Shown here: positions 1 through 12,635 of the stretch, in pieces
Layout of the letters: each line of letters begins with the position of its first letter
Numbering within the stretch: the stretch's first letter is position 1
NCBI GenBank assembly: GCA_030390025.1
Contig: CM059432.1
Span: forward strand, 100,690,001 to 100,754,000
Direction: 5' to 3'
DNA: 64,000 nt
Origin: Squalus acanthias
Taxonomy: Eukaryota
The notes under the pieces: generated by a model
What the model saw: only the letters and a program-made list of their open reading frames with translations
What the model was told of the DNA's origin: nothing
The model's database searches: none
Position numbers and translations under genes: made by a program

Positions 1-576
1 TCTGCTCTATCACATTTTGTGTGGCAACATGGCTTTCATTGTATGCAGGCTGCGCACGTGTGGATAGCTCTTGTCACTCAGTAGCCACCTTTTGGTTTGC
101 TGTGATGGTTCAAATGCAGATGCCACAGCGGACTGCTGCAGAATGAAGGCATCTTAACAGATGCCAGGATATCGGGCATTGACCTGCGTGATTTGCTTTC
201 TATGGTAGCACACCAGCTGGACACTGAGGGAATGGAATCGCTTTCGGTTGCGGTACATCTCAGAGTTGACATGCTCCTCGAGTGCCGGGCTGCTGGCATG
301 GCACCCCGGTAGTGCCCCGCAGAGTTGTGGGCTTGGGCCTTCCCCTTTACTGAGGGGAAGAGCCCTTCCATGCAGGAGCTCTACATGGCCCAGTGCATAG
401 CACTGCAGAATGCACCACCCCGATATTCGGGGTTAGCTTTCTACGAAGGAAGTGGAGCGCTTGAATTAGCGCTCCACCTCCCTCTTGGGGTGCTAAAATT
501 GAAGTTAGCGATCGCCGGCACTATTTTTCGCCGGGTGCTAAATTTCGCACCCAGGCAATACCGAATTTTTCCCCCC
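1..576. mobile_element. Right portion of a non-autonomous PIF/Harbinger element (left boundary uncertain)
   Basis: Ends GGCAATACCGAATTTTTCCCCCC followed by TTA, the reverse complement of the left end of the 9379 Harbinger (GGGGGGAAAATTCAGTATCGCC). Shares the GGAGCGCTTGA.TTAGC motif with the 59621 element. Confidence 0.6.
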
Positions 577-850
577 TTAGTCTTTCATTGAGTTTGGTTG
601 GGAGCTGAACCTTTCAATCGCCACCAATGTAAAGTTGTACTGCCTCGATAAAGTAAACAAAGACCAGCAATTTGCCCCTTTCAATACCAATATCTGTTCA
701 AAGAACAATAATTATTTACTTGCATTGGATTTAATTACATGACACCAATAATCATGTGTTAAAATTGCACCATAAGCATTTCAACTGAGAAAATACATAA
801 TCATTTTGTTTTCATTAACAGGGGTTGTACTATTACATAACCAGAGACTA

Positions 851-1105
<255 letters not shown>

Positions 1106-1189
1106 CTAATTCTATGAGATTGATGCAGTATTAACAGCATTGTACAACCTGGGATATATCAAGACTGAGAAAACTGGGTTTACAATCTG

Positions 1190-1574
1190 TATTTGGTGGG
1201 CTCAAGCGAAGAACTCCTGCTCCTCCTGGCCTCACCAAAAAGAAATTAGACATTTCCTGAGCCGTTTTGTGAGCGGCCACCAGCGGTCCCTCAGAGGACC
1301 GTTGATTTAGCCGTTCACTGCCTGGTACAAATAAGAGCGTGTACAACTCACACTTCGCCCATTTGTAATGGAAAATCGGGGTCCTATGACTGGCGAAGGG
1401 CCACGATATACATATTTAAGCAGCTTCCCGGCTGTTTCAGGCGGGTGGCTGCTTGTCCATTTACAGGCCTGCCTGAAAATGGCATCAGGTGGGCCTATGG
1501 CATTCTCCGATTTTAAATTGCCGACCATCCATTTTTCAGACAAGAAACGGCGGTTGGCAGCTGAAAATCGCCCT
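1190..1574. mobile_element. Harbinger-type MITE fragment
   Basis: GC-rich block ending TGAAAATCGCCC. Its reverse complement resembles the left ends at 58676 and 49381. Confidence 0.45.
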
Positions 1575-2092
1575 TTGTTCTATGGTGAGTGAAATACAGT
1601 ATTTTAATGCAAACCTTTATAATGACAACAATGCGTTTGTGGGGCAGTGCAACTGATTTTAATTGAATTGCTGGTTGTAAAGTATGTACTATTTTAATGT
1701 ACAGTTGCCTATTTGCTCTCTGTTCAACTTGCCAAGTTGTTGCTCTTAACAATGTCAGTGCCGCAGGTACTTTAAGATAATAACTGCATATGAAGTTAAC
1801 GTATGAATAAACAACATGTTGCTAAAATATGTTGGGAATTTTCAATAAAAATTCACGATGAATTCTTCATTTTCCCACACCAGCCATTCTTGTGGGGTCT
1901 GAGTGAAGGTGGCAATTAGTGTTCATCGATGGTCAGTTTTGGCTGTGGGATCCCATCTGTTGAGAACCAGGCTTTTAAAATATAATGTTTCAATGAATTA
2001 TAATGCACTAAAGAGTAACCTTCCAATTAACACACAATTACAGCCACTTTGGATAGAGCTTTTCTTGCACAATATTGACAATACTACAGTAC

Positions 2093-2219
2093 CTGATAAT
2101 ATTTCCTGGGTCCATTTCGATTGTCCAGATGCACCGGAGATTATTGTCGTATGGGAAAGGGTAACCAGGGGACAGGATTCTTCCAGATGATTCACCTTTG
2201 AACTGGCCTCCACATTCGG
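2093..2219 (-). CDS. CSMD3: CSMD3 internal exon (N-terminal part of the next CUB domain, probably CUB8)
   Basis: tattAG|CC GAA TGT GGA...ATT ATC AG|GTactg. 127 nt encoding (A)ECGGQFKGESSGRILSPGYPFPYDNNLRCIWTIEMDPGNII(S). This frame is not in the ORF track and was read manually. Confidence 0.93.
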
Positions 2220-3474
2220 CTAATAGGGAAATAACACATCAGCTAACTTTTTGGTAACTATAACAGTTTTGGACTACAGAAAGGGTTTGGAAATGAGTTA
2301 CATTTAATGTTGAGTTTTTAAAGCAAAGTGTACTCATGCAAGTTTAAAAAAAATTGGGGCAAAAGGTGGTTAAAATGTTACTGGTCTCGGTATTGAAGTT
2401 GTTTCCTCAAAGACTGTGAAATAAAGCAATTTGTTAGCTTGTCTTGATAGTTAATAAATACCTCACACTCATCATGTTAGGAAGGCTCTAGTCCTGAGTG
2501 CTTGGCAAGGGCTGTCTGACATAGCCCCACCTCTCTGTTTGTGAACACAGAGATAAAAACAGAGACAGAAACACTCACTGACAGTTAGGTTTTTAGAACA
2601 GGAAGCTGGCTTGGGAGTCTTTTGTCACACTCAGAAGATTAGAATGCAGGAGGGCAATTAAAAGTTATTTTGTTTAATTCATGCAAGGCAATCCACTGAT
2701 GTAGGGTCGTGTAGTGTCTCCATTAATTTGTATGATTACATGAAGATACGTTACACTGACTGAATGAAGTAAGTCCAATCACTTGCTATGAAATAAAGCA
2801 GCTTAATGATTTATATATGGCCTCATCTTACTCAGTTCTTTCTACGTCCACCTTCAAAAAGATTAAGACATATGGAGGTCCATATGAAAGACAATAATAT
2901 CCAGCCCAGGTCACAAGGAGGTACCATCGTTACGCCCCCAGTTACATTATTGTATATTTAGATATTGGGCAGTACGACACACCCCTAAACATAAGGTGAT
3001 CAGGCCGCTTACGGGAGTTACCAGCCCGGCAGTATCCAAGAGGTTATCGAATGCAAGACCCCAATCTTGCAACAGTAACAGAATACCATAATCTAACATA
3101 ACTGAAACCTAAATAGTGACTGATTGCAAAGTATTAATGTATTATTAAAAAACTTTTTAAAAAGTGTGCTGCTTATTTTTAGCATTATTTTGCAATAGTG
3201 GTTCTAATTATTAATATTTCAATATCTTGAATCAAAGTACAAGAATAACACATAATAATCTGTTAATTTGACAATAAGAAACATGCATTCTCTTCAAAGG
3301 AGGTTATTGATCAGACAGACTCACATGAACAATTCTTAAGCAGAGTCATTTTTTACTGCTGTGTTGGCTACGACTGACACAATTAATCCCAAATACTTCT
3401 GTACTTGGCAAGTTGCAATTTTTATCTTTATTAGAACTCCATTAGTGTGGAGCAAACACCTTGTTATTTTAGTA

Positions 3475-5039
3475 ATAACAGAAAATGCTGGAAACACTCA
3501 GCGGGTCAGGCAGCATCCGTGGAGAGAGAAACAGAGTTAACGTTTCAGGTCTGTGACCCTTCGTCAGAACTGGAAAAAGTTAGAGATGTAACTGATTTTA
3601 AGCAGGTGCAGAGGCAGGGAAAGGGGGAGGGGAGGAAAGAACAAAAGGGACGGTCTGTGATAGGGTGGAAGGCAGGAGCGGTTAAATGTTGCAAATGGGG
3701 ATGGCAGAATCATCAACACCTGCCGCCTGAAAAAATAGGGGCAGAGGTTATGGTCTGAAATTGTTGAACTCGATGTTGAGTCCAGAAGGCTATAAAGTGC
3801 CTAATCGAAAGATGAGATGCTGTTCCTCGAGCTTACGTTGAGCTTCATTGGAACAGTGTAAGAGGCCGAGGACAGAGAGGTCAGAGTGGGAGTGGAGAGG
3901 AGAATTAAAGTGACAGGTGACTGGAAGCTCGGGGTCACCCTTATGGACTAAACGGAGGTGTTCCACAAAGCGGTCACCCAATCTGCGTTTGGTCTCCCCA
4001 ATGTAGAGGAGACCGCATCGTGAGCAGCAAATACAGTATACTAAATTGCAAGAAGTACAAGTAAATCGCTGTTTCACCTGAAAGGGGTGTTTGGGGCCCT
4101 GGACCGTGGGAAGGGAGGAGTTAAAAGGGCAGGTGTCGCATCTGCTGCACTTGCACGGGAAGGTACCGTGGGGAGGGGAGGGGAGGGGAGGGGCTGTTGG
4201 GGATGATTGAGGAGTAGACCAGGGTGTTGCAGAGGGAGCGGTCCCTTTGGAATGCTGAAAGGGGAGGGTAGGGGAAGATGCGTTTGGTGGTGGGATCACG
4301 CTGGAGGTGGTGGAAATGGCGGAAGATGATCCATTGAATGTGGAGGCTGGTGGGGTGAAAGGTGAGGACAAGGGGAACCTTATCGTCGTTCTGGGAGGGT
4401 GGGGATGGGGTGAGAGCAGAAATGCGGGAAATGGAACGGACACGGTCGAGGGCCGTGTCAACCACGGTAGAGGGGAATCCTCGGTTGTGGAAAAAGGAAG
4501 ACATATCGGAAGCACTAGGTGGCGGCGTCGGAACAGATGCAGCGGAGGCAGAGAAACTGGGAGAATGGGATAGAGTCCTTACAGGAAGCGGGATGGGAGG
4601 AAGTGTAGTCCAGGTAGCTGTGGGAGTCAGTGGGCTTATTGTGGATGTTTGTCGATAGCCTATCCCCAGAAATGGAGACAGAGAAGTCGAGGAAGGGAAG
4701 GGAAGAGTCAGAGATGAACCATGTGAAGGTGAGGGAAGGGTGGAAATTGGAAGCAAAGTGAATGAAATTTTCTAGTTCAGGGAGACAGCAGGAAACAACA
4801 CCAATACAGTTATCAATGTACCAGAAAAAGAGGTAAGGGAGGGGACCTGAGTAGGACTGGAACAAAGAATGTTCCACATATCCCACGAAAAGGCAGGCAT
4901 AGCTGGGGCCCATGTGGTTCCCATAGCAACACCTCTAATTTGGAGGAAGTGAGTGGAGTCAAAGGAGAAGTTGTTCAATGTGAGAACAAGTTCAGCCAGA
5001 CGGAGGAGGGTGGTGGTGGATGGGGACTGGTTGGGCCTG
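3475..5039 (-). mobile_element. Penelope-like retroelement, 5'-truncated and frameshifted (RT C-terminal part plus GIY-YIG endonuclease)
   Basis: Overlapping minus-strand ORFs. RT motifs FLQIRGVAMGT / MGPSYACLFVG / WYIDNC; GIY-YIG region NLVYCICCSRCGLLYIGETKRRLGDRFVEH; terminal sequence carries a hammerhead motif. Confidence 0.9.
3535..3571 (-). ncRNA. Minimal type I hammerhead ribozyme of the Penelope terminal repeat
   Basis: Minus strand reads AGTT-CTGACGA-AGGGTC ACA GACCT-GAAA-CGTT-AACT: CUGANGA and GAAA core boxes, helix II GGTC/GACC, helix I AGTT/AACT, and palindromic AACGTT in place of helix III. Confidence 0.75.
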
Positions 5040-6218
5040 AAACACTTTCCTTATAAGTCAATGAACCAACTGTTTCCTTTTCAATGCATCTTTTGTGTTC
5101 CTCACTGTTCAAACACAATTCAAAATGAAAAATCATAAATGTTTAATGAAGATTTCAAAATCATTCTGGTTAGTGGCCATAAGGCATAATTGATTACATT
5201 ATTTTGAAAAAGATACTTTTCTACTACCAACAGCAATTAATCTAGTTGTATGACTACCTACATTGTTAAACTGAATGAGATGATGTCCAAGAGAAAAGAA
5301 AAGATTATTCTATGACCTGAAATGTCAAAAATATGTTAAATGCATAAACCATCAAAAAGAATAATGGCAGCCTGTCTAAAATACTTCTGTCTAGCTGAAT
5401 TACAGAAAAATATGATGCTGGTATATTAAATCAGCATATGTTATTTAGTAGCATTTGCAAACACAGAACTGCTCTACTAGTCATCATTTTTAATTTAATT
5501 ATCATGCAGGCATTTAATTAATGACTCCACTGATCCTCGCTACTGCACAATGCACGTATTATACATATTTTGTTAACTGAAATTTCCTCCATTTTTCTTA
5601 AAATATTTCTCCGCCTGATTCAGTGCTCCCACATGCTAATCAATTCCACCTGACCAAGAGAGTGGATATGGTACCTTTACGCAGGCTTCTGCCAGTACTA
5701 AGCTGTGATTGGCCAATAAGAGATGTCAGGGATTGCACCCTCCCCCTCTTTTTTCACCCTGTGCATGAATAACCTCTCAGCTGTGCTCAGCACCTCTTCA
5801 GATGGCCAGGCTGAGATCAGTAATAAAACACGTGGGTACAGCCCGGCATCCTACAGGGCACACAGGAGTGTGCAAGGGCCACAAATACACTGCACTATTG
5901 GTCTGACGATGCACATTTTGTTTTTTGCATTCAAAGTAAACTGTCTTTTTGTAACCAAGAAAATGTCTTGTTGGCTGCCTCATCTGCTGTTCAAGCTGTG
6001 CACTTATATGCACAAACAGCTAATGAATGCAATCACAGCTGTGGGACACAAAGTACACATTTCATTGCAGTATCACATAATTTATTTTAAAAAATAGCAT
6101 CATACCACACTTCAATATTTATGACTTTTTATTCCTTTCTTGCACCTGCAGCCTCTAATACCTTAATGAGAGTGTGTGACTATATTTGGGCTTCAAACCT
6201 ACATGTTTCAGGGACAAC

Positions 6219-6738
6219 AGCTGGAATTTTAATCTGGAGGTGGGTAGGGAGCAGGGGAGTCTAGAAAGCGGTAGGGAAACCCACAGGCCTTGCCGAATTT
6301 AACGGTAGGGTGTGATTAATATTTCAAAGCTCGGTTTCCCGCCCACAGCAAGCCAGATGGAGAGGCCAGTTGGCTGTTGGGCAAGTAGGCCTGCAGCACT
6401 AGGCTGCAGAGAGGAGGGAGGGAGGAATCGGGGGCAGGGTGAAGTGTGGTTGGGGGCAGTAGGAGGATTGGGGCTGGAGGATCGACAGCGGAGGAGGATC
6501 GGGGTGCAGTAGGGGGCCGGAGGAGGATCGGGGGGTGGTCGATCACCATGAGGCACGCCAGCCTCATTATAATATTTAAATGGACGACCCGCCTCCTGGG
6601 AGCCGGTTGGCTGCACGGCCCCATCCCGCCTCCGTTAAAACTGGAAGTGGGCGGATTGGAGGTGGGATTCAGTTTTTTAACTCTTTAACCTCCCACCCAA
6701 CTGCAACCCACCCATTTTTTGGGGTTAAAATTCCCCCC
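6219..6738. mobile_element. Harbinger-type MITE, G-rich family
   Basis: Imperfect TIRs AGCTGGAATTTTAA ... TTAAAATTCCCCCC with a 3-bp TSD AAC on both sides. Homologous to copies at 32037, 49955 and 60795. Confidence 0.75.
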
Positions 6739-7849
6739 AACATATTTGTTGAGAAATTACACCTCAACATTAAAGGGAAAGCTCTCATCAAATGTAAGAT
6801 ACTTTGACTTTTATTTCAGACTTCTGTGAAATAAACATCACTCTGCAGTTATGCGTTGCTTTTTTACTCTCTGTCCTAGTTTGCCTGCATTAAAATTGAT
6901 TTCACTTGCTTGATTAAATATCAGAACTCTGATGCCCTGCAAAAGTTTATCCAGGTAATATGCTCCATCTATAAACTCCTATTTCAAAAATTTTGATTTA
7001 AAAGCTTTCATTTTAAAATCCTGCATGGTGCAGTACTCATTATGTGCAGCAAAACTGAACATTCTTTTCTTGTTCAGCCCACTGACATTAAGCATTTGCT
7101 TGTTACACATACACTATGAATTGTTGCCCTCCTTCTACATTGCTCCAACAATACTAATGTTAGAAGTACACTGTTTTTTCAGTGCAGTATTTCCTTTTCC
7201 CCCACGACTTCTAGCTATGCAAACTTTCTGATGGAAATGTCCTGTGCAGCTAGTGTTGAATGATGGTTAGTGCTTTGTACTGAGAGCAACCGACCACTAG
7301 GCTGAGACCGATCAAGCTCATTTTTAATGAGTAATTTGCCTTAACTGTCAGAGACAGAACACTTTCATTATCGAGACTAGATTCAGTCCCCGAGTCTGAA
7401 CGCATACGATCAATGGTTTAACTCCTGTGTTACCTAAGTATATAAAGTACAGTACTATAAATGATAATTGTATAAGACTGATCACGCTGTGTAAAGTTTC
7501 TAAATGGCTGTCATTCTGATGCCAAACAAATTGTTGATAGTAACTGTAATGGACAGCAGAAACACATTTATATACACAATTTGACGCCCATCAAAAATGT
7601 GATTGATAACTTTTAATTTTTTGTATGCATGTAGGATATTTTAGCATTAACATGTAAACATATATTCTAGTTTTCTGGTTTATATGTCTCCATGATTGAT
7701 AAACTTTGTAAATTGGTTGTCACACCAGTTAATCCCAAAACTATATGTTTCAGCCAAATATTGTGCATTTCATATATTTTACTTAAAAAGTCACAGGACT
7801 TTCTCCTATAAACTGATAATCATTCAAAATAACCAAGTACGTTTCTTAC

Positions 7850-8041
7850 CAATGCATGATGGAAGGGGGTAATCCCAGGCTCTTCTTTCTCCAGTCATAC
7901 ATTTCAGGATGCTACTTCCATGTAGAGTGTAACCTGGATTACAACCATAAGAAATAGTGCTGCCAGCAAAATGGCCCTGGTCACTGATTTTATATCCAAA
8001 CTGAGGCACACCGGGATCTTCACAGTGAGAGAGCTCAAAAC
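7850..8041 (-). CDS. CSMD3: CSMD3 internal exon (Sushi/CCP domain)
   Basis: tcacAG|GT TTT GAG...TGC ATT G|GTaag. 192 nt, phase 1/1, encoding (G)FELSHCEDPGVPQFGYKISDQGHFAGSTISYGCNPGYTLHGSSILKCMTGERRAWDYPLPSCI with the four Sushi cysteines and the conserved Trp. Confidence 0.95.
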
Positions 8042-8062
8042 CTGTGACGGGGGCACAGAACA

Positions 8063-9003
8063 CAAGAACATAAGAAATAGGAGCAGGAGTAGGTCATTCA
8101 GCCCCTCGAGCCTGCTCTGCCATTCAATAAGATCATGGCTGATCTTCTACCTCATCTCCACTTTCCTGCACTATCCCCATATCCCTTGATTCCCTTAATA
8201 TCCAAATATCTATCGATCTCTGTCTTGAATATACTCAACGACTGAGCCTCCACAGCCCTCTGGGGTAGAGAATTCCAAAGATTCACCACCCTCTGAGTGA
8301 AGAAATTTCTCCTCATCTCAGTCCTAAATGGCTGCCCCCTTATTCTGAGACTGTGGCCCCTGGTTCTGGACTCCCCAGCCAGGTGAAACATCCTCCCTGC
8401 ATCTACCCTGTCAAGCCCTGTAAGAATTTTGTATGCTTCAATGAGATCACCTCTCATTCTTCTAAACTCGAGAGAGTATAGGCCTAGTCTATTCAATCTC
8501 TACTCATAGGACAATCCCCCAATCTCAGGAATCAGTCTGGTGAACCTTTGTTGCATTTCCTCTCTGGCAAGTATATCCTTCCTTAGGTAAGGAGACCAAA
8601 ACTTTACACAAATACTCCAGGTGTGGTCTCACCAGGGCCCTATATAATTGCAGTAAGACGTCTTTACTCTTATACTCAAATCCTCTTGTAATAAAGGCCC
8701 ATATATCATTTGTTCTCTTAATTGCTTGCTGTACCTGCATGTTAACTTTCAGTGATTCATGCACAAAGACACCCAGGTCCCTCTGAACACCAACATTTCC
8801 CAATCTCTCACCATTTAAAAAATACTCTGCTTTTCTATTTTTCCTACCAAAGTGGATAACTTCACATTTCTCCACATTATATTCCATTTCCCACATTCTT
8901 GCCCACTCACTTAGCCTGTCTATATCTCTTTGAAGCCTTTTTGCATCCTCCTCACAACTTACATTCCCACCCAGCTTTGTATCATCAGCAACTTGGATAT
9001 ATT
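8063..9003 (-). mobile_element. CR1 LINE, 5'-truncated (RT C-terminus, 3' UTR, TTCTTATG tail)
   Basis: ADDTKLGG...LQRDIDRLSEWA...LYRALVRPHLEY and LGLYSLEFRRMRGDLIE...FFTQRVVNLWNSLP. The tail ends about 20 nt upstream of the CSMD3 Sushi exon acceptor. Confidence 0.92.
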
Positions 9004-9731
9004 CAGAACAAACTGAACCCGCTGAACCACAACACATCTAATCTTGACATCACGAATGGAAATGTCAGTGCATATAGCATCAAAATTAAGAGATGGGCCA
9101 CTTGAGAAAGAAGAGAGATTGATCCACTTGACCAAAAAATTAAATCAGAATGAATTTTCACATAGAAAAGCAGAACTTCATAAATACTGCAGTGTCAATT
9201 TATTTATGAGGTAAGACATGCTCCTATACAATGTAAAATAGCTTAAGAAATTAAAGTCTGCTGAAATATTCTTTGTTCTTTTAATTAATTTAGTTATCCC
9301 CCATTGTTTCTTTAACTCTTTGTGTTCACCAAATTTTCCATTAAAAATTAGCATGTACAGCCCTTTTTAAAAAATATTGGGGGGAAAATTCAGTATCGCC
9401 CATTTTGGGACGCTAATATTGGCCAGGGGCCAATTTTAGCGCCCAGCGCAAATTATCGCCGCCAACCGCGAAATTCGTCTCCAGCACCCCTGGAGGTGAT
9501 TGGAGCGCTAATCAAGCGCTACACACCTCTCTTAGGGCACTAACGTCGGGGAACGAGGCGCTACCTCAGAGCGCTACTGAAGCTCAGGCGATGTCAATTA
9601 CCTTGTACTCAGACAGACTGGCACCATCCAGTTCTTAAAGGGGAGGGTCAATCTTGCTGCACAGCCTCACCCTGCTCATTGCAGCATTTGACCTCGGCCT
9701 GCAAGCAGGTAAAAATCTTCAGCAAAAATTC

Positions 9732-11400
9732 ATGATGGCTACTCAGAGGCCCAGGGAGAGAACTCGCTGGTTTAGCGACCAGGCATTGGTGGCTCTGGTT
9801 GGCGCTGTGGAACGCCGACAGGCAGTGCTGTTCCCAGAGACTGGCAGGAGGCTGTTGCCCCGGGAGTTTACAAGGGAGTGAAGGAAGGTTCCCCAGCACG
9901 TTTCATCCAGGAGCCTGGTCCAAAGGATGCATACGCAGTGCCGCAGGAAGTTCAACGACCTCACTCAGGTAGTCAGGGTGAGTACATGCTTGAAAAACCT
10001 CTGCAGCCCACCATCTCAACCTCATTCTGAGCACAGATGGTGTAAATTTCCAAATCCCCAACACTCACCCAACAACAATGCCCATCTAATAAAAGTCACA
10101 TCCACATCCCACATCTTGCAGACTTTAACGGCTATTTAACTATGGTAGGCACATCTGCCAAACACATGGCTGCACACTCACTCAGACGCTGTCCTTTTTC
10201 TTTCACATATTCGGAGGGAGCAACAACGCACAGGAGGACGACAGGCGGAGCTGCACACCCTCAGACAACTGGAGGAGCGAGTCCAGAGACTCATCGCCAG
10301 TCATGTCGTTGACGCTGTGGCCGTTAAATAGGTTGTCCCCCTTGGGGACAGCAACGGTATATTCATCACCCTTATCTCCTCTCTCATACCACTTCCCCTC
10401 ACAACACCAGCCTTTCCCACTTCCCATCTAACGATACTGTCTTCATTCCTTGCTCCCTTCCTGCTCCCCTCTTGCACATTCCTGCTTTCAGATAGTGAGC
10501 CACCAACTGACCAGCCTGTTCCTCAGCCTCCCAGTGGCAGCGACGTTAGAGAGGAGGAGGAACACGAAGCCCGCGCCTCACCGCCTGTGTCTCCCAAGGG
10601 CGAGACATCCGATACTGGGGCCACACGGTCACTTGAGGGGAGCAGGGGATTTGGATCTGATGTGGGTGAAGCTCCGGGACCCAGCGGGCTGCAGCAATGC
10701 CATGGGGAAAGGAAAGCTCAGGGGCCATCTCCCCGGAGGGTGAGTGCGCGCACGAGTTCTGCTGCACAGGACTCGGATGGGGACCTCGATATAGTGGCCA
10801 TGAATACTCAGGCAATGAGCAAGCACACTGAGCTCATGGGTGCAATGGCAAGGGTGCCCGAGAGCATGGATGCACTGGCTAGGAGCGTGGAGGAGTCCGC
10901 TACCAGCACAGCTGTCATCTGTGCGCAAACCCATGATCTCATCCATGCCTCGTTGCAGAGGATGGCTGAATTGCAGAGAGACCTTGGGGACTCAGACCCC
11001 ATGCCGCGTGTAATAGGTGAGGTGGCAGCATGTATTGCAGCACAGGCCGAGGCAACGCAATGGCTTAGTGCTGGAATTGAGTCATTGGTTGGTGCCATCC
11101 AATGCCAGACTGCTCTCATGCAGTCTCAGATTGATGGCACACAAGCGCTGACAGCTGCCATCATCGCTGGGTCGTCCACAGTCCACCGGGGATCTCACGG
11201 TACCGCAGCAGGCCAGCAATCTGTGCTCGAGCAGATTGCTCCGGATGCTGAGGTACTGTCCCGGGGGAGTGGCAGTGTTTTGGTCGAACAGGAAGGTGCC
11301 GTCCTCTCTCAGGATGACAGCATTCCTGCTGCCACCACTGCCACTCTGCCACTATCTTGCCACAGCCTGACAACTTTGCTCATTTTACCCATTGGAGCTT
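9732..11400 (+). pseudogene. Harbinger Myb/SANT-like DNA-binding partner gene (NAIF1/MSANTD-like), intron-containing, with an in-frame stop
   Basis: MMATQRPRERTRWFSDQALVALVGAVERRQAVLFP...E*RKV...QCRRKFNDLTQVVR then a GTGAGT donor after 9977. TGA at 9879-9881 sits where a Trp is expected. A downstream coiled-coil-like ORF lies at 10587-11603. The 3' end is approximate. Confidence 0.72.
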
Positions 11401-11473
11401 TGCCCGGTAATAGGGGCTGCGGGATGGCTGTAATGATGTGCTTTTCCATCCCAAAAGCTATCTTCTCTGTCAT

Positions 11474-12635
11474 TCATCTGAAGCGGTGTCTTATGAGGCG
11501 TTCACGAACTGCCCTTGCAGAGGCAACATTGAGCGCCTCCCTCCCACGTTGCTGCTGCTCATCCTCCTCTTCATCCTCCTCCTCTCCCTCTTCCTCCTCC
11601 TGAGGTGGTGCACCAATCCCTGGTGGCAAGGGCTGTGCCCTCAGAATTGCGAGGTTGTGAAGCATGCAGCACACAACAATGAAAAGCGATACTCGCTCAG
11701 GAGAGTACTGCAGGGCTCCTTCAGAGTGGTCAAGACACCGGAACCGTTGCTTTCAAGACGCCGATCGTCTGTTCAATGAGGTTCCTAGTGGCGCTATGGC
11801 TCTCATTGTATGCGAACTCAACAGGAGTGTTGGGGTTATGGAGCGGTGTCATCAGCCAGGTGCAGAGTGGATAACCCTTGTCCCCAAGGAGCCAGCCACG
11901 AGGATGATACGGTGGGTGGAAGAGGTCTGGGACACCAGTCTGGTGCAGGATGGATGCATCGTGGCTGATGCCAGGATAGCAGGCATTGACAGTGAGGATG
12001 CGCTGTCTGTGGTTGCACACCAACTGGATGTTGAGAGAGTGGAAGCATTTGCGGTTGTGGAAAACCTCTGCATTTTCATGAGGAGCCAGCAATGCCACAA
12101 GCGTGCAGTCAATGGCGCCCTGAACCATGGGGAAGCCCGCTATCCTAGCGAAGACACATGCACGTTCACGCTGTTTGTCTCGGTTCATGGGGAATGAGAT
12201 ATAGTCCCTTCTCCTTTGGTATAGAGCATTTGTGACCTCCCGGATGCAACAATGGACGGCAAACTGGGAGGTATGCGTAATATCCCCTGTTGAAGCCTGG
12301 AAGTAGCCGCTGGCATAGAAATTAAGAGCCATCGTCACCTTCACTGCCACCGACAGAGACGTCCTGATCCTGAGCTGAGGCTGAAGCTCTGGCTGTAGGA
12401 GGTGGCAGAGCTCTGTGACCATCTCCTTGCCGAAGCGCAGCCTTCTAAAACACTGCTCCTCGGACAAATGAATATAGGAGAAATGCTCCCGGAATATCCT
12501 GGGAGGGTAAGGTCTCCTGTGCAGAGGCCTGTTGGCCCTCCTCCCTCTGGCCACGTTTGCCACTCTCTCTCTGCACCTCTGCTGCCTCCGAACGTGAAGC
12601 TGGAGGACGAGGCCCCGTGTTAGTACAGCCCCCAT
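11474..12635 (-). pseudogene. Harbinger DDE transposase (HARBI1-like), frameshifted near 11750
   Basis: [44 protein letters not shown]. After a frameshift it continues as QRFRCLD..GALQYSP..VCCMLHN with an acidic tail ending at 11474. Confidence 0.9.
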
